DNA of 64,000 nucleotides from contig CDRNVI010000053.1 of assembly GCA_977017575.1 (NCBI GenBank), positions 880,307 through 944,306 of the forward strand. The letters run 5' to 3'. Shown in pieces: positions 53,813 to 64,000 of the stretch (position 1 is the stretch's first letter; the number at the start of each line of letters is the position of its first letter). Position numbers and translations under genes: made by a program. The notes below the pieces were generated by a model. That model did no database searches. It was not told where the DNA came from and saw only the letters and a list, made by a program, of their open reading frames with translations. This DNA is from Paramoeba atlantica (taxonomy: Eukaryota > Protista > Discosea).

Positions 53813-54638
53813 CCGTGGAAACATTAATTAAGAGACACATTAAATAAGGGAACATCAATTAAGGGAACACTAATTAAGGGAATAATTGTTTTTCGTCAAT
53901 TTTTGGCATTTTCAGGCAGTTTATAACTAATAATTATTTTTTCCGCCCATGGCCCAGGCACCCCCAACCCTCAGGATGTATATTGTTTTGAGTAGTGAAT
54001 TTTTCTTGAAATGAAGTTTACAGTGCGCCCAATTAGTAAAGTCCCAAAAAGGGGTTATCCCAAATAGTAAAGTGTTTTTTAGTAGTTACCTTTTTTTAGA
54101 GTTTTTCTCTTTTTCGAGGATTTTTGTCTAAAAGAAATTGATTTCATTTCATCTAAAAACAATTGCATACAACTTGCATTGGAAAGCGTTGTCCAAGACT
54201 CCAGCCCAGTTGTTTTTTGATTATGCGTTTTCTTTTTTTCTCTGTGCTTCAAACACAATTGATTGCCCAGTTAGTAAAGTCCCAAAAAACGGTTTTCCCA
54301 AATAGTCAGGTTTTTTTAGTATTTACCCAAAATCGGTGGTAACTACTAAAACCTTTACTATCTGGGCGCACTGTATATTTTTTGTGCTTTGTAAAAAGAA
54401 TAATTTTGATATTCAACAGCTACGTTTCACCTCTAAATATGTTTAAAAAATAAAACTGCAACAATTTACAGTTTACAATTATTTATCGTACTTATCTGAT
54501 GATCTTGGGCTATTTTCAACTTGATTCTCATAAAACAATTAAGGGAACATTAAATAATGGAACACTAATTAAGGGAATAATTTTTTTGGAAAATCATATT
54601 CCCTTAATTAGTGTAATTCTTAATTAATGTTTCCACGG
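53813..54638. mobile_element. MITE (TIR ccgtggaaacattaattaag) with taattaagggaa subrepeats
   Basis: Inverted ends with flanks tg/ta. Removal restores the host cttctat-ta-tattactgtg. A related copy lies at about 61526-61998. Confidence 0.75.
54021..54373. mobile_element. Tc1-like MITE with CAG...CTG ends, TA-flanked
   Basis: TA|cagtgcgcccaattagtaaag ... ctttactatctgggcgcactg|TA. Confidence 0.82.
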
Positions 54639-54820
54639 TATATTACTGTGTTCCTCTTTATATTTTCACTGTTTTTGTTCACTCTTTTTCAATAATCGAG
54701 GGTAGAGCGGTAGTTGTCCACCGCAATTGTTTTCTTAATCCATTGTGTACAAGTATACCTGGGTCACGTAATCAATGTAATAAGCGGGTGGTGGTAATAG
54801 GCGTAGGTTATTTATCGTTT

Positions 54821-55123
54821 TTAAAAAAAAATCCTTAGACTAGCATCGTAGGTAGCGGTTGACCGAGCGTATGCAGTTACAGGCAACCTTTTTTCAGAAA
54901 CGCAAAAGGGAGTTGGAAATAGGGATGGTGGACCTAAAAATGTTCTACGAGCATGCAAGGCCTTTCGTGACAATGAGTCTTCTGTTCTACTGATAATACA
55001 TTCTCCTCCATTCTTGCGGAGGCTCCCGTTGCACTTCTCGGCGATTGCTTGCACTCTGTCTGCTCTTCTACCTGATTTCCTTCCCAAAGTGCTCCCTTCA
55101 CGCTTCAATCGCTTATTTGCCAT
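54821..55123 (-). pseudogene. Probable Tc1/IS630 transposase N-terminal (DNA-binding) fragment
   Basis: GSTLGRKSGRR-type linker followed by a basic helical segment; weak resemblance only. Confidence 0.35.
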
Positions 55124-55277
55124 TGAGTTAGCAATAGAATAGCAAGAAATTATGTATATAGCAATAGGCAGGGGTGTGGAAATGGTGCTGTGGAGGTACA
55201 GCAGGATGAGACCATGGAGAATTTCCTTCGAGAGTGGGGAATCTTACTGTAGAGAATTGCGCTGCCACGGAGAAACA

Positions 55278-56340
55278 TTATTTGAAGAGGTTCAGGAACT
55301 CCGACCAGCGTTCTCGTTTGAGGGCGTAGGCGCCCCGGGCATGAATTCTTAAAAGTTCGTAGGATGCTTTCCGCGTGCGCTTCGGGGCATGCACGTTCAG
55401 GATGTGGGCCTGCAGGCCTATGAGGTGTTGATGTGTGGCTCCGCACTCGGCACACACGTGTGCCCGGAGGGCAGAGCGTTCCTCAATAGCTTTTTGAACC
55501 TCGAAGAGGCCCCAGAGTGAGTCCAAAGTTAGTGCCCTTCTCGTGCGTGCCTTCTGTTCCACGAGGGAAGTAACGGCGTGCTCTTGACTCATGGCTGCCG
55601 CCAGCCTCCAAGCAAACAGGCATCGGCTCGGACCTTCTGTCCCCCGGCGCAGACTCATGGGGTCAAGGAGGAGCCTTTGGCGCACCTCTTCGAGGGTCCT
55701 AGATTGTTGAGACGTGGTGGGTAGTTTGTCAAGGTCCTCATCGATTTCTGGAGTGTCGCGGTCGGTAGGAGTGACCCGCCTGTGTTGGTGCCCCCCCCCC
55801 GCCGACTTGCCTATAACATTCGCGAAGGAGCGGTGGGAAGTTCTGTGTGGGGGGAGGGGTGCGAAGGTAATGTGAGCAGACTTCTTCAGGATGGGTGAAG
55901 GATTTCCCTTCTGCTGGTCGTGCCTGCTAGCGGACCGGTGCCTAGCCCGAGAGGAGCTTCGTTCGCGCCTCCGAGAGGCTGACCTGCCCTCGGTCCGAGA
56001 GGGGCGTCGTTCGCGCCCCCGGGATGACGTTCCGGTGGAAGTAGTTTCTCCGTCCGGGTTACGGCCATTAGAGTCGTTTCTCTTCTGTGATCGGAGTTTC
56101 AGGAAGTTGTCGCAGTAGCGCATGTCACGCCTCTCCTCAGAAAAAAAGAGCACCGCAAAAATCGCATTCCCGTGAGAACAACTGTTTAGGGCGGACATCT
56201 AGGTCCGGGCGGGCTCTCTTCAGCTCTTCGATGGAGATGGTGTAGCTCCGGGACGCCGTCATTGGCGTGGGAGCTATTTTCTCGACGTAGAGAGGAGGTA
56301 GATTGTCCTCTAGGGGCCGAAGTAGATGGGGTTGTCCCAT
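55278..56340 (-). pseudogene. Frameshifted ORF with C2H2 zinc finger and Arg/Ser-rich tract (retroelement ORF1/Gag-like by inference)
   Basis: CAECGATHQHLIGLQAHILNVH; upstream CDFC is joined through a frameshift in a T-run near 56140. Opposite to the gene-cluster strand. Confidence 0.5.
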
Positions 56341-56477
56341 GACTGGAATCCTTGTGAAGCCGGCTGCCGCGTTTGAAGCTGGTCATTGGCGAGAGCCGGG
56401 GAGAGAGAGAGAGAATAGGAAAGGAAAAGAGGACGAAACGTTTGCCCTTGTGTAAGATTGTAGGTGCGCTGGATGTA

Positions 56478-56793
56478 CACCCCCGCCAAAAAGTATTGTC
56501 CACAAAAATGGCCGACACAAAAAGTATTGTATTTATTGGTATCGACCATTTTTTTGAGTTTTGACCAGAATTTTAGTTTTTTTCTCGAACTTTCCAGAAC
56601 TTTACATAATGAGTTCTGATATACGCGGCCACTTGATCGTGATATACGTTTACAAGGATCCCATATGATAAAGTCCAACTGTTTGGAAGCCAGTAGCAAC
56701 TCGTGGAAATCGACAAAAAGTATAGTATTTATTAGTATCGACCAAATATTCGTGGTCGATACTAATAAATTACAATACTTTTTGGCGGGGGTG
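56478..56793. mobile_element. Tc1-like MITE, second copy of the 42468 family
   Basis: Same 20 bp TIRs, TA flanks and similar internal sequence. Confidence 0.85.
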
Positions 56794-58092
56794 TATCCAA
56801 AGTTGTTATTATCAAAAGATTTTTAATGTTCGTAATATTGTACCAATGCTACACGTTTGTAAGATGAAACTACAGGCGCGTTGCCCTCCTCTTAGCCCGG
56901 AAGGTATGCAACAACCAGAGCGAACTGTCTGTGAAGTAAATACATGACCTTCACTGTGTTAGTTTTATAATACCAGCGATTTAAATCGAAACTCGAGGCT
57001 GACCATCCAAGTGGGTCCGTGGGGTCCCGGACCTGGGTCCGGACCCGTCGGGCCCGCAAAGGTATGAGTAATATACACTCCCGCCAAAAAGTATTGTTCA
57101 CAAAAATGGTCGACACAAAAAGTATTGTATTTATTAGTATCGACCATTTTTTTGAGTTTTGACCTGAATTTTAGTTGATTTTCAGGAAATTAGCATAATG
57201 AGTTCTGATATACGCGGCCACTTAATCATCTCGAGTGACGTTGAGTGATTTCTCTCCTATTTTTATGCTTCACTATACGTTTACACAGATCCGATATGAT
57301 AATGGAGCCCATGCAGTTTTGGCTCGCAGTGGCTGGCAGCGTTTGACAGCGAACGGCAGTATATGGCAGCGCATGACACACAAAAATGACGTATGGAAAT
57401 TAACTTTCTTTTTTAGGGTCTTCGTTAAACGCGGTAGTTGAGTGGCTGCGGGTACTTCGACCGAGACCGCGGTTTGTATTTTCGGTGGGAAGAAATACAA
57501 AAACTGGCAAAAGTTTACATTTGTTTAGTACTTTTATGTGGAATTTCCGATTCGGTATACGCTTCTAGCTATATTTTCCTTTGTTTCTTTCTCTGAATCA
57601 ACTTCTTCCTTTTTACTAGCATAGTACATAGTAACATAGTACATTCTTCTTTTCCCGCAAGCTTTTCTCCTAAATTTTTATGTCTATCGAGAGCGATGAC
57701 GCATTGCAAGAGCGATTGACCGCTCTTGGGCCGGCTTACACCTCTTGGGTGGGCCGTGTTGACGTACTACTACTATTAAGTGGGGGGGTTACAGTTCGTG
57801 CATACTTCAAAAATATCTGCTTACGAATGTTCTTATGTCAGCGTTAGTACCATCAGTATGATAGCAGTGCCAGGGAAGACCACGAAGAGGTCCCGACCTT
57901 ACTTCCCCATTTTGGGTTGCGCCCAGAAGTTAAGTATTGTTGACTAATTTGACTCAAACGAGACGTAGTGCGTTCTAATTCATTTCCGAAACAGTATAAC
58001 TAGAAACTAAATAGAAATTAAAGCATACGGTAAAAAAATAACCCGGGGGGCGGAAATACCGTGAAAACATTAATTAAGAATACCATAAATTA

Positions 58093-58700
58093 CCGTCCGA
58101 TCCATAATTACTGCGGTGAAAAATCATTGCACATTTAATTAGTGCACATTTAATTAGTGCGATAATTAATTTTTTTATTTTTTGTGGAGAAACTCTTCAT
58201 TTTTTATTACTTTTTCCTGCTATGGCCCCGTCGCAGTCGACGCTTGCCTCAAACAATTTTTGCGTATCACGGCATGTGGCAGATCTTGTGGAGGAACTTG
58301 AGTCTAAACGCTCATCGCGCAAAGCAAAGGGAAATACGTGGAGTGATGAAGAAGCACGTGAATTCCAAGCACTTTGTGAGAGTCGTTCCGTTTTGACTAG
58401 CATGCAGATTTGGAATCAAACGCACGGTAAGAAAATGTCTGAACGAAGTGCCTATGCTTTGAAAGACCATGCTCCAACAGCTAACCTTCAGAATCCTTGT
58501 GCGCAAATTACTTTTTTGACCAGATATTTGTTAACCATTAATCTTCCGAATTATTTTGTGCGAATTATTTTCTGCCTTTTTCTAGTTTTCCAAGAGATAC
58601 AGTTCCGCTTTTAATTAGTGCACATTCAATTAGTGCAGTAATTATTCTCTTAAACTCCCCTGCACTAATTGAAGTTATTCCTTAATTATGGATCGGACGG
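58093..58700. mobile_element. TA-flanked TIR element carrying a Myb/SANT-like ORF fragment
   Basis: Perfect TIR ccgtccgatccataatta with TA flanks; the internal ORF 58222-58614 contains GNTWSDEEAREFQALC. Confidence 0.75.
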
Positions 58701-58882
58701 TAAAATATTAATAATTAATTTTTTCTCAGACGACGGTCTGGCATGATAATTTCCATACAGACTAGTAGGAAATGGTGTGGGAGACAACACCAGTTTCCTC
58801 GAAAGTTCGACATTTAGGGGAAAATTTTCTCACACAGAAACAAAAATTATGTTTTTATTCACAAAGCATAAATTAGCAAAGT

Positions 58883-59074
58883 AACCCAGGCTAAAGTGGA
58901 CGATGGAGATACTAAAGGCACATTTGGCAAGCTACCACAAAAATGGAACAGTATCCCCCGGTTTGTTAAGCATTCTGATGTGACCCAAGAATTTAACGGG
59001 AGATACTGTTCCAGTTTTGTGGTAGCTTGCAAAATGTGCCTTTAGTATCTCCATCGTCCACTTTAGCCTGGGTT
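58883..59074. repeat. 192 bp foldback: 78 bp arms (3 mismatches), 36 nt spacer
   Basis: Arms 58883-58960 and 58997-59074 are reverse complements. Confidence 0.92.
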
Positions 59075-59098
59075 GCACATAGCCATCAAAACATGCTC

Positions 59099-60215
59099 CC
59101 TAGGACCTCTTACAGATTCCCACGCGAGGAAGTCGTCGTCGCCGCGGCAAAAAGACAAAAAGCTCCGCCTTCTGCCTTTTTGCCTCGCGCCTCCTCCTTC
59201 CACTTCGGCCTTGCGTGTCACACACTTCCGGGTAACTTTTGAACTTTGTAGATGCATTACCATGGCAGACTGAAGAAATATCGAATGAAATCAAAGCGCA
59301 TACAGGTATATCAGGCCCCAAACTCTCAAAAAACGGTCTAGGAGCTGATTTGGGAAAAATATATTTTTTGACTTTCACCCATAATTTTTCAGTTTTTTTT
59401 TCAAAATTTCGAAAATTGCTATGATCATCCTGGTGTGGAGGGGGGGCAGGGGGTACCCATCGGAATTGTTGAAAAACTAGTGGTCTTGTCACTCAAATCG
59501 ATTCATACGTCTTTGTAAACATTTTTTTCGAAAACTCACCTGAAACGACACCGGGCACGAAATCGGGCCACAAATCGGGCACGAAATCGGGCCACAAATC
59601 GGGCACGAAATCGGGCCACAAATCGGGCACGGCGAATTAACCTATGGAGTAGTATCTCCCTCAATATTCCTATACTTAGGCAATATTCCTATACTTATGC
59701 CCTAGGACCTCTTACAGATTCCCACGCGAGGTAATCGTCGTCGCCGTGGAAAAAAGACAGAAGGCTCCGCCTTCTGCCTTTTTGCCTTGCGCCTCCTCTT
59801 TCCTCTAAGGCCTTGCGTGTTACACACTTCCAGGTAAATGTTGGACTTTGTAGGTGCATTACCATGGCCCCAAACTCTCAAAAAAGGGTATAGGAGTTGA
59901 TTTGGGAAAAATATATTTTTTGACTTTCACCCATAATTTTTCAGTTTTTCTTCAAAATTTCGAAAATTGCTATGATCACCCTGGTGGGGAGGGGGGGGGC
60001 AGGGTGTACCCATCGGAATTGTTGAAAAACTAGTGATCTTGTCACTCAATTCGATTCATACGTTTTTGTAAACATTTTTTTCGAAACCTCACCTGAAACG
60101 ACACCGGGCACGAAATCGGGCATGAAATCGGGCCACAAATCGGGCATGAAATCGGGCCACAAATCGGGCACGGCGAATTAACCTATGGTAGCGAGGGAGT
60201 AGTATCTCCCTCAAT
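59099..60215. repeat. Tandem duplication (period 602 bp), each unit with a 12 bp aaatcggg array
   Basis: cctaggacctcttacagattccc at 59099 and 59701; 6 versus 5 aaatcggg units. Confidence 0.88.
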
Positions 60216-60229
60216 TAATTTTTAAAGTA

Positions 60230-60557
60230 CAGTGAAGTATTCAAATACGAGTGGATTATATTACGGTTATTTTTAATTACGGTTATTTTTAATTAAGATA
60301 TTTTTTTGGCCCCGAAAAAAAATACTTTTTTTCATGTCTATCACCATCGACCTCACTTTCATACGAAGCACATGCCTTTATAAAATGATCACAGACGAAT
60401 CCATAGGCTTGGGCGCCTAAACGTTACTCAAAGTGTGTGTTCAAAAGTTATTAATTTACGACTGGATTATATTACGGTTAATTTAATTAAGATTAATTTT
60501 AGCCAAAAATAACCTTAAAAGCGTAATTAAATAATACCGTAATTAAATATTACACTG
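60230..60557. mobile_element. TA-flanked MITE with CAGTG...CACTG ends
   Basis: TA|cagtgaagtatt ... aatattacactg|TA. The internal tattcaaatacgagtggatt also occurs at about 40591. Confidence 0.6.
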
Positions 60558-60587
60558 TAATTAATTACCGTCAAAGTACTTATTTAA

Positions 60588-61525
60588 TTTCTTTTTTGGG
60601 CTCTTCGTTAAACGCGGTGGTTGTTTTCAACTTAGAAGTCACTCATGCTGCGCGCTTCGCGTTGAAAACTACCACCGCGTTTAACGAAGAGCCTAAAAAA
60701 GAAACTTTAGCCTGGAAAACGGAAAGATCATAGCCAAAAATAGCCGAATTTCGGGTAACAATGGGGTGATTTTCGCGTATTTTTGCTGGCAGAGCACTAA
60801 ATTCGACATTTGCGACTCGGGGGGTCCATGGGGGGGGTCCATGGTCCAGGGGGGGGGGGCATGGTCGAGCAAATTTTTTCGAAAAAATTAGTTTTCGAAA
60901 ACAAAACGCAGAACGGGTAGCCGGGGTCTTGGCGCGCATTTTCCACCGCGTATCCGCAGGACGGGTCCGCCAAGTTCGGATTTTTTCGGAAAAAAAATTT
61001 TGAAAAAAATTTCAACTTGGCGAAAAAAATGGCAAAAAAACTATTTTTCCAAAATCGTTTCCCCTATTGTATTTTGATAGTTTGGGACCTACACTAGCTT
61101 TCTCCGCAGTAGTTTTCGCAAGGTATCCCTTCTTCGAACCGTGGTGCGCCCCTCAAAATGACCCATGTTTGACTAAAAAAGGTGAAAAAATATTTTTCGG
61201 ACCTAAAGGGGCATTTTTGTGTCGAAAGAATGGTATGGTTGGAGTCGCATTCTCTACCCAATACGTTCGGTAGGCTTTCATTCATGCCTGCGAGTGATTT
61301 CCCACGCGCAAATGTCGGATTTAGTGCTCTGACAGCAAAAATACACGAAAATCACCCCATTTTTACCCGAAATTCGGCTATTTTTGGCCATAATCTTTCC
61401 GTTTTCCAGGCTAAATTTTCTTTTTTAGGCTCTTCGTTAAACGCGGCGGTAGTTTTCAACGCGAAGCGCGCAGCATGAGTGACTTCTAAGTTAAAAACAA
61501 CCACCGCGTTTAACGAAGAGCCTAA
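60588..61525. mobile_element. Foldback derivative D of the double-hairpin element (large hairpin at both ends)
   Basis: 60588-60814 is the element 5' part in + orientation, joined to a - orientation copy ending at 61525. Confidence 0.8.
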
Positions 61526-62328
61526 TTAATTAAGAGACAGATTAAATAAGGGAACGCCAATTAAGGGAACACAAATTAAGGGAATAATTATTTTTCGTCT
61601 ATTTTTGGCATTTTCAGGCAACTAATATTTAATAATTATTTTTTCCACCCATGGCCCAGGCACCCCCAAACCCTGCGGAGCGTGCATAGCAATATTTCAG
61701 AGTTTAGGTTAAAAAATAGAAATATGCAACCAAAATGTGATAATACGTGAATTATCCACTGATTAACACACTTTCTCGAAATTTCACTTGTTATCACACA
61801 ATTCACTTATTATCGCACCGAAAAAAGTGTGATATTGGGTGCCCCCCCTCTACCTATCTGATGATCTTGGGCTATTTTCAACTTGATTCCCGCAAAACAA
61901 TTAATGGAACATAAAATAAGGGAACACTAATAAAGGGAATGATTTTTTTTAAATCATTTTCCCTTAATTAGTGGAATTCTTAATTAATGTTTTCACGGTA
62001 AATGTTATTGTTATAAAATGCGTCACCGGTAAACGGGGGACCAGTTTAGCATACCTGTGACCTGATACCATGCCAGTGGGTGTATGGTATCGTGACCCAG
62101 GTTCGATAGCATACCCCCCCCTGGTTTTTCAGACAGACAACATGTGATGTCGACTTCTTGTTTGAGGTGGCCCATGTAAATCATAACCTTACAGAGCATT
62201 ATTCGTTTGTTTTCTTTGCTGTATTTCTCTACTCTATTTCTTTACTGTACTTATCGCGTTTTTTCACTTCTATGACTTTTACTGGTGAATAACACATCGG
62301 TGGGTATGTTGTCCCGAAATGCCGTTTA

Positions 62329-62984
62329 CTCCCCCTTTCATTAATTTCTATAAATGCCTTACCGAACTGTTTTAGAAAAAACTTATAGATTTGTGAAAAT
62401 TTATATTTTTGCTCGGAGGTCAACTTTTGCGACAGTTCTTTTCGGAACTATGCCTATCTTGGATCAAGACAAGGACGAAGCTCCTGAAACTTTCGCTCCG
62501 CAAAGTGCTGATCAACCTTTTGCACTCTGAAATTATAACCACTGCACATTCTTTTCGTCCACAGCAGCGGTTTTATATTTGTCGTATCTAAGTTTTTCTG
62601 TGGTTTTGCTTAGTGTCGTGCAAATCCTCTTTAGGTATACCATTTTCTTTCTTTAGGTACCATTTTCTTTATTTGCTATACTTCAAGCTTGAAAGTAAAT
62701 TGATTGCACGAAACAAATTATGCTACGTATGCTTTAATACTCAGTACAGCATCTTTTTTTGCATTATTTATAGATTTCTTTTCAATGATTCAATCGGTCC
62801 GCCTGCATCCATGGCGAAATCCTGAGAGTATCCCGCACCCGGGAGGCCCACAAAAGTATGTTACGTCCACCCACCAAAGTAACCGACCAACGAGAACACC
62901 CCACTTCATTAATTTCTATAAATATAAATATAAATTTGTTTTTTTGTTATAATTTATATTTATAGAAATTAATGGAGGGGGGAG
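62329..62984. mobile_element. TA-flanked MITE with Stowaway-like CTCCCCCT ends
   Basis: TA|ctccccctttcattaatttctataaat ... atttatagaaattaatggaggggggag|TA. Related ends at about 43117 and 15751. Confidence 0.72.
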
Positions 62985-63072
62985 TAGTTCCTTAATACTG
63001 ATTTCAAATCGCACATTTTATTTGTCTTGAAAGCTTTACCTATAACTTTACCTATAACGCGAACTGTGTGAA

Positions 63073-64000
63073 ATGCAACGTCTAATTTCTTTAAAGGCCG
63101 TTCCTTCTGCTAAGATTAGCTTTGGAACACATCGGCTTGTGATACAGACTTTAAGATGCCTAACAATTCTTGAAGGCGGGTTCAATAATATTCTTGTAAG
63201 TGGCGCGAATACACGTTCTGAAGAGTTTTCTCAAAATACTGCACGTATGACCAAACTCGTAGCTAAATTAAAAACATTAGTTTCAGAAACCTCACAGGGA
63301 GGTGGCATAAAGTCCAGAAACCTACATCAATCTCGTGGCAAGCTTTTTGTTCGCGATCGTATCAACCTTCTTTTGGATCCCGCAAGTGATTTTCTAGAGT
63401 TTTCTCAGCTTGCCGGGCACGAGCTCTATTCCCCTGATTTATGTCCATGTGGAGGTCTTATTACTGGTATTGGTAGCATACGCGGCGTGAAATGCATGAT
63501 TGTTGCAAACGACGCGACAGTTAAAGGGGGTGTGTACTATCCAATTACTGTAAAAAAGCATCTTCGTGCCCAGAAGATTGCATTACAGAATCGACTCCCT
63601 TGCATTTATTTGGTTGACAGTGGTGGTGCGAACTTGAATATGCAGTCTGAAATTTTTCCCGATGAGCAGCATTTCGGCCGCATCTTTTATAACCAAGCGA
63701 GACTCTCTTCAAAGGGAATTCCTCAGATTGCAGCGGTGATGGGCTCCTGCACCGCTGGTGGAGCCTATGTTCCTTGCATGTCGGACGAAGTCATCATGGT
63801 TCGGGAACAGAGCACCCTATTTTTGGGAGGTCCTCCGCTCGTCCAGGCTGCCACAGGAGAGAAAGTTTCGGCCGAATATTTGGGAGGTGCAGAAGTCCAC
63901 TGTCAACGCAGTGGAGTCGCTGATCACATGGCGGAAAGTGACGCTCACGCCTGCTATCTCACACGTTGCTCCGTGGGATCAATTTCTAAAACCGATCATA
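63073..64000 (+). CDS. MCCC2: 3-methylcrotonyl-CoA carboxylase beta subunit (partial, runs off the window)
   Basis: Not in the ORF track; translated by hand. [73 protein letters not shown]. Confidence 0.94.
   Translation, partial: MQRLISLKAVPSAKISFGTHRLVIQTLRCLTILEGGFNNILVSGANTRSEEFSQNTARMTKLVAKLKTLVSETSQGGGIKSRNLHQSRGKLFVRDRINLLLDPASDFLEFSQLAGHELYSPDLCPCGGLITGIGSIRGVKCMIVANDATVKGGVYYPITVKKHLRAQKIALQNRLPCIYLVDSGGANLNMQSEIFPDEQHFGRIFYNQARLSSKGIPQIAAVMGSCTAGGAYVPCMSDEVIMVREQSTLFLGGPPLVQAATGEKVSAEYLGGAEVHCQRSGVADHMAESDAHACYLTRCSVGSISKTDH

Larger units (their letters stand above)
53106..54726. mobile_element. Composite hairpin-element copy E with small-hairpin termini at both ends
   Basis: Terminal module inverted at 53106 and 54726, large hairpin at about 53206-53310, interrupted by the 53813-54638 MITE. 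Confidence 0.7.

Noticed and set aside
62040-62115. Possible small RNA (hairpin gataccat...atggtatc; shared motif at about 37505-37535)
   Set aside because: There is no clear A/B box pair or known family, and it is more likely another repeat-end fragment; too weak to call.
1-64000. Spliced-leader RNA, snRNA or rRNA genes
   Set aside because: No recognisable spliced-leader exon (cagtttctgtact-type core) or rRNA/snRNA signature found by eye; a covariance-model search would be needed to exclude divergent ones.

Overview
Intron-free eukaryotic nuclear DNA that looks kinetoplastid. The evidence is a kinetoplastid-type RPL3 (EHPRHGHLGFLP), a PolIB/C/D-type mitochondrial DNA polymerase and about 22 host genes all on the + strand. 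An early-branching lineage such as a Perkinsela-like prokinetoplastid is plausible but only inferred. Positions 1-37.3 kb form a dense same-strand gene cluster: IMP peptidase, 2 LRR proteins, mitochondrial Pol I, PHD protein, CstF77, RPL3, CCA-adding enzyme, SPT16, SDHAF4, RAE1, UBA2, polyamine/amino-acid permease and PDI. Positions 37.3-63 kb are mostly nested transposons, with LSm4, one orphan ORF and a tRNA-like sequence, followed by a partial MCCC2. Main observations: (1) GC-rich islands in RPL3 and RAE1 where synonymous sites flip from C-rich to G-rich; (2) a modular ~890 bp non-coding element with hairpins at both ends and no clear target duplication (Helitron2/Helentron-like by inference), found whole, nested and rearranged; (3) a VIPER/TATE-like RT-RNaseH whose frame is restored by removing a TA-flanked element and a TA-CAG-TA excision footprint; (4) a pogo-like transposase split by two insertions; (5) many TA-flanked MITE families plus Tc1 transposase relics, which is unexpected if the host is a kinetoplastid. 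All assignments come from manual reading; no searches were run.
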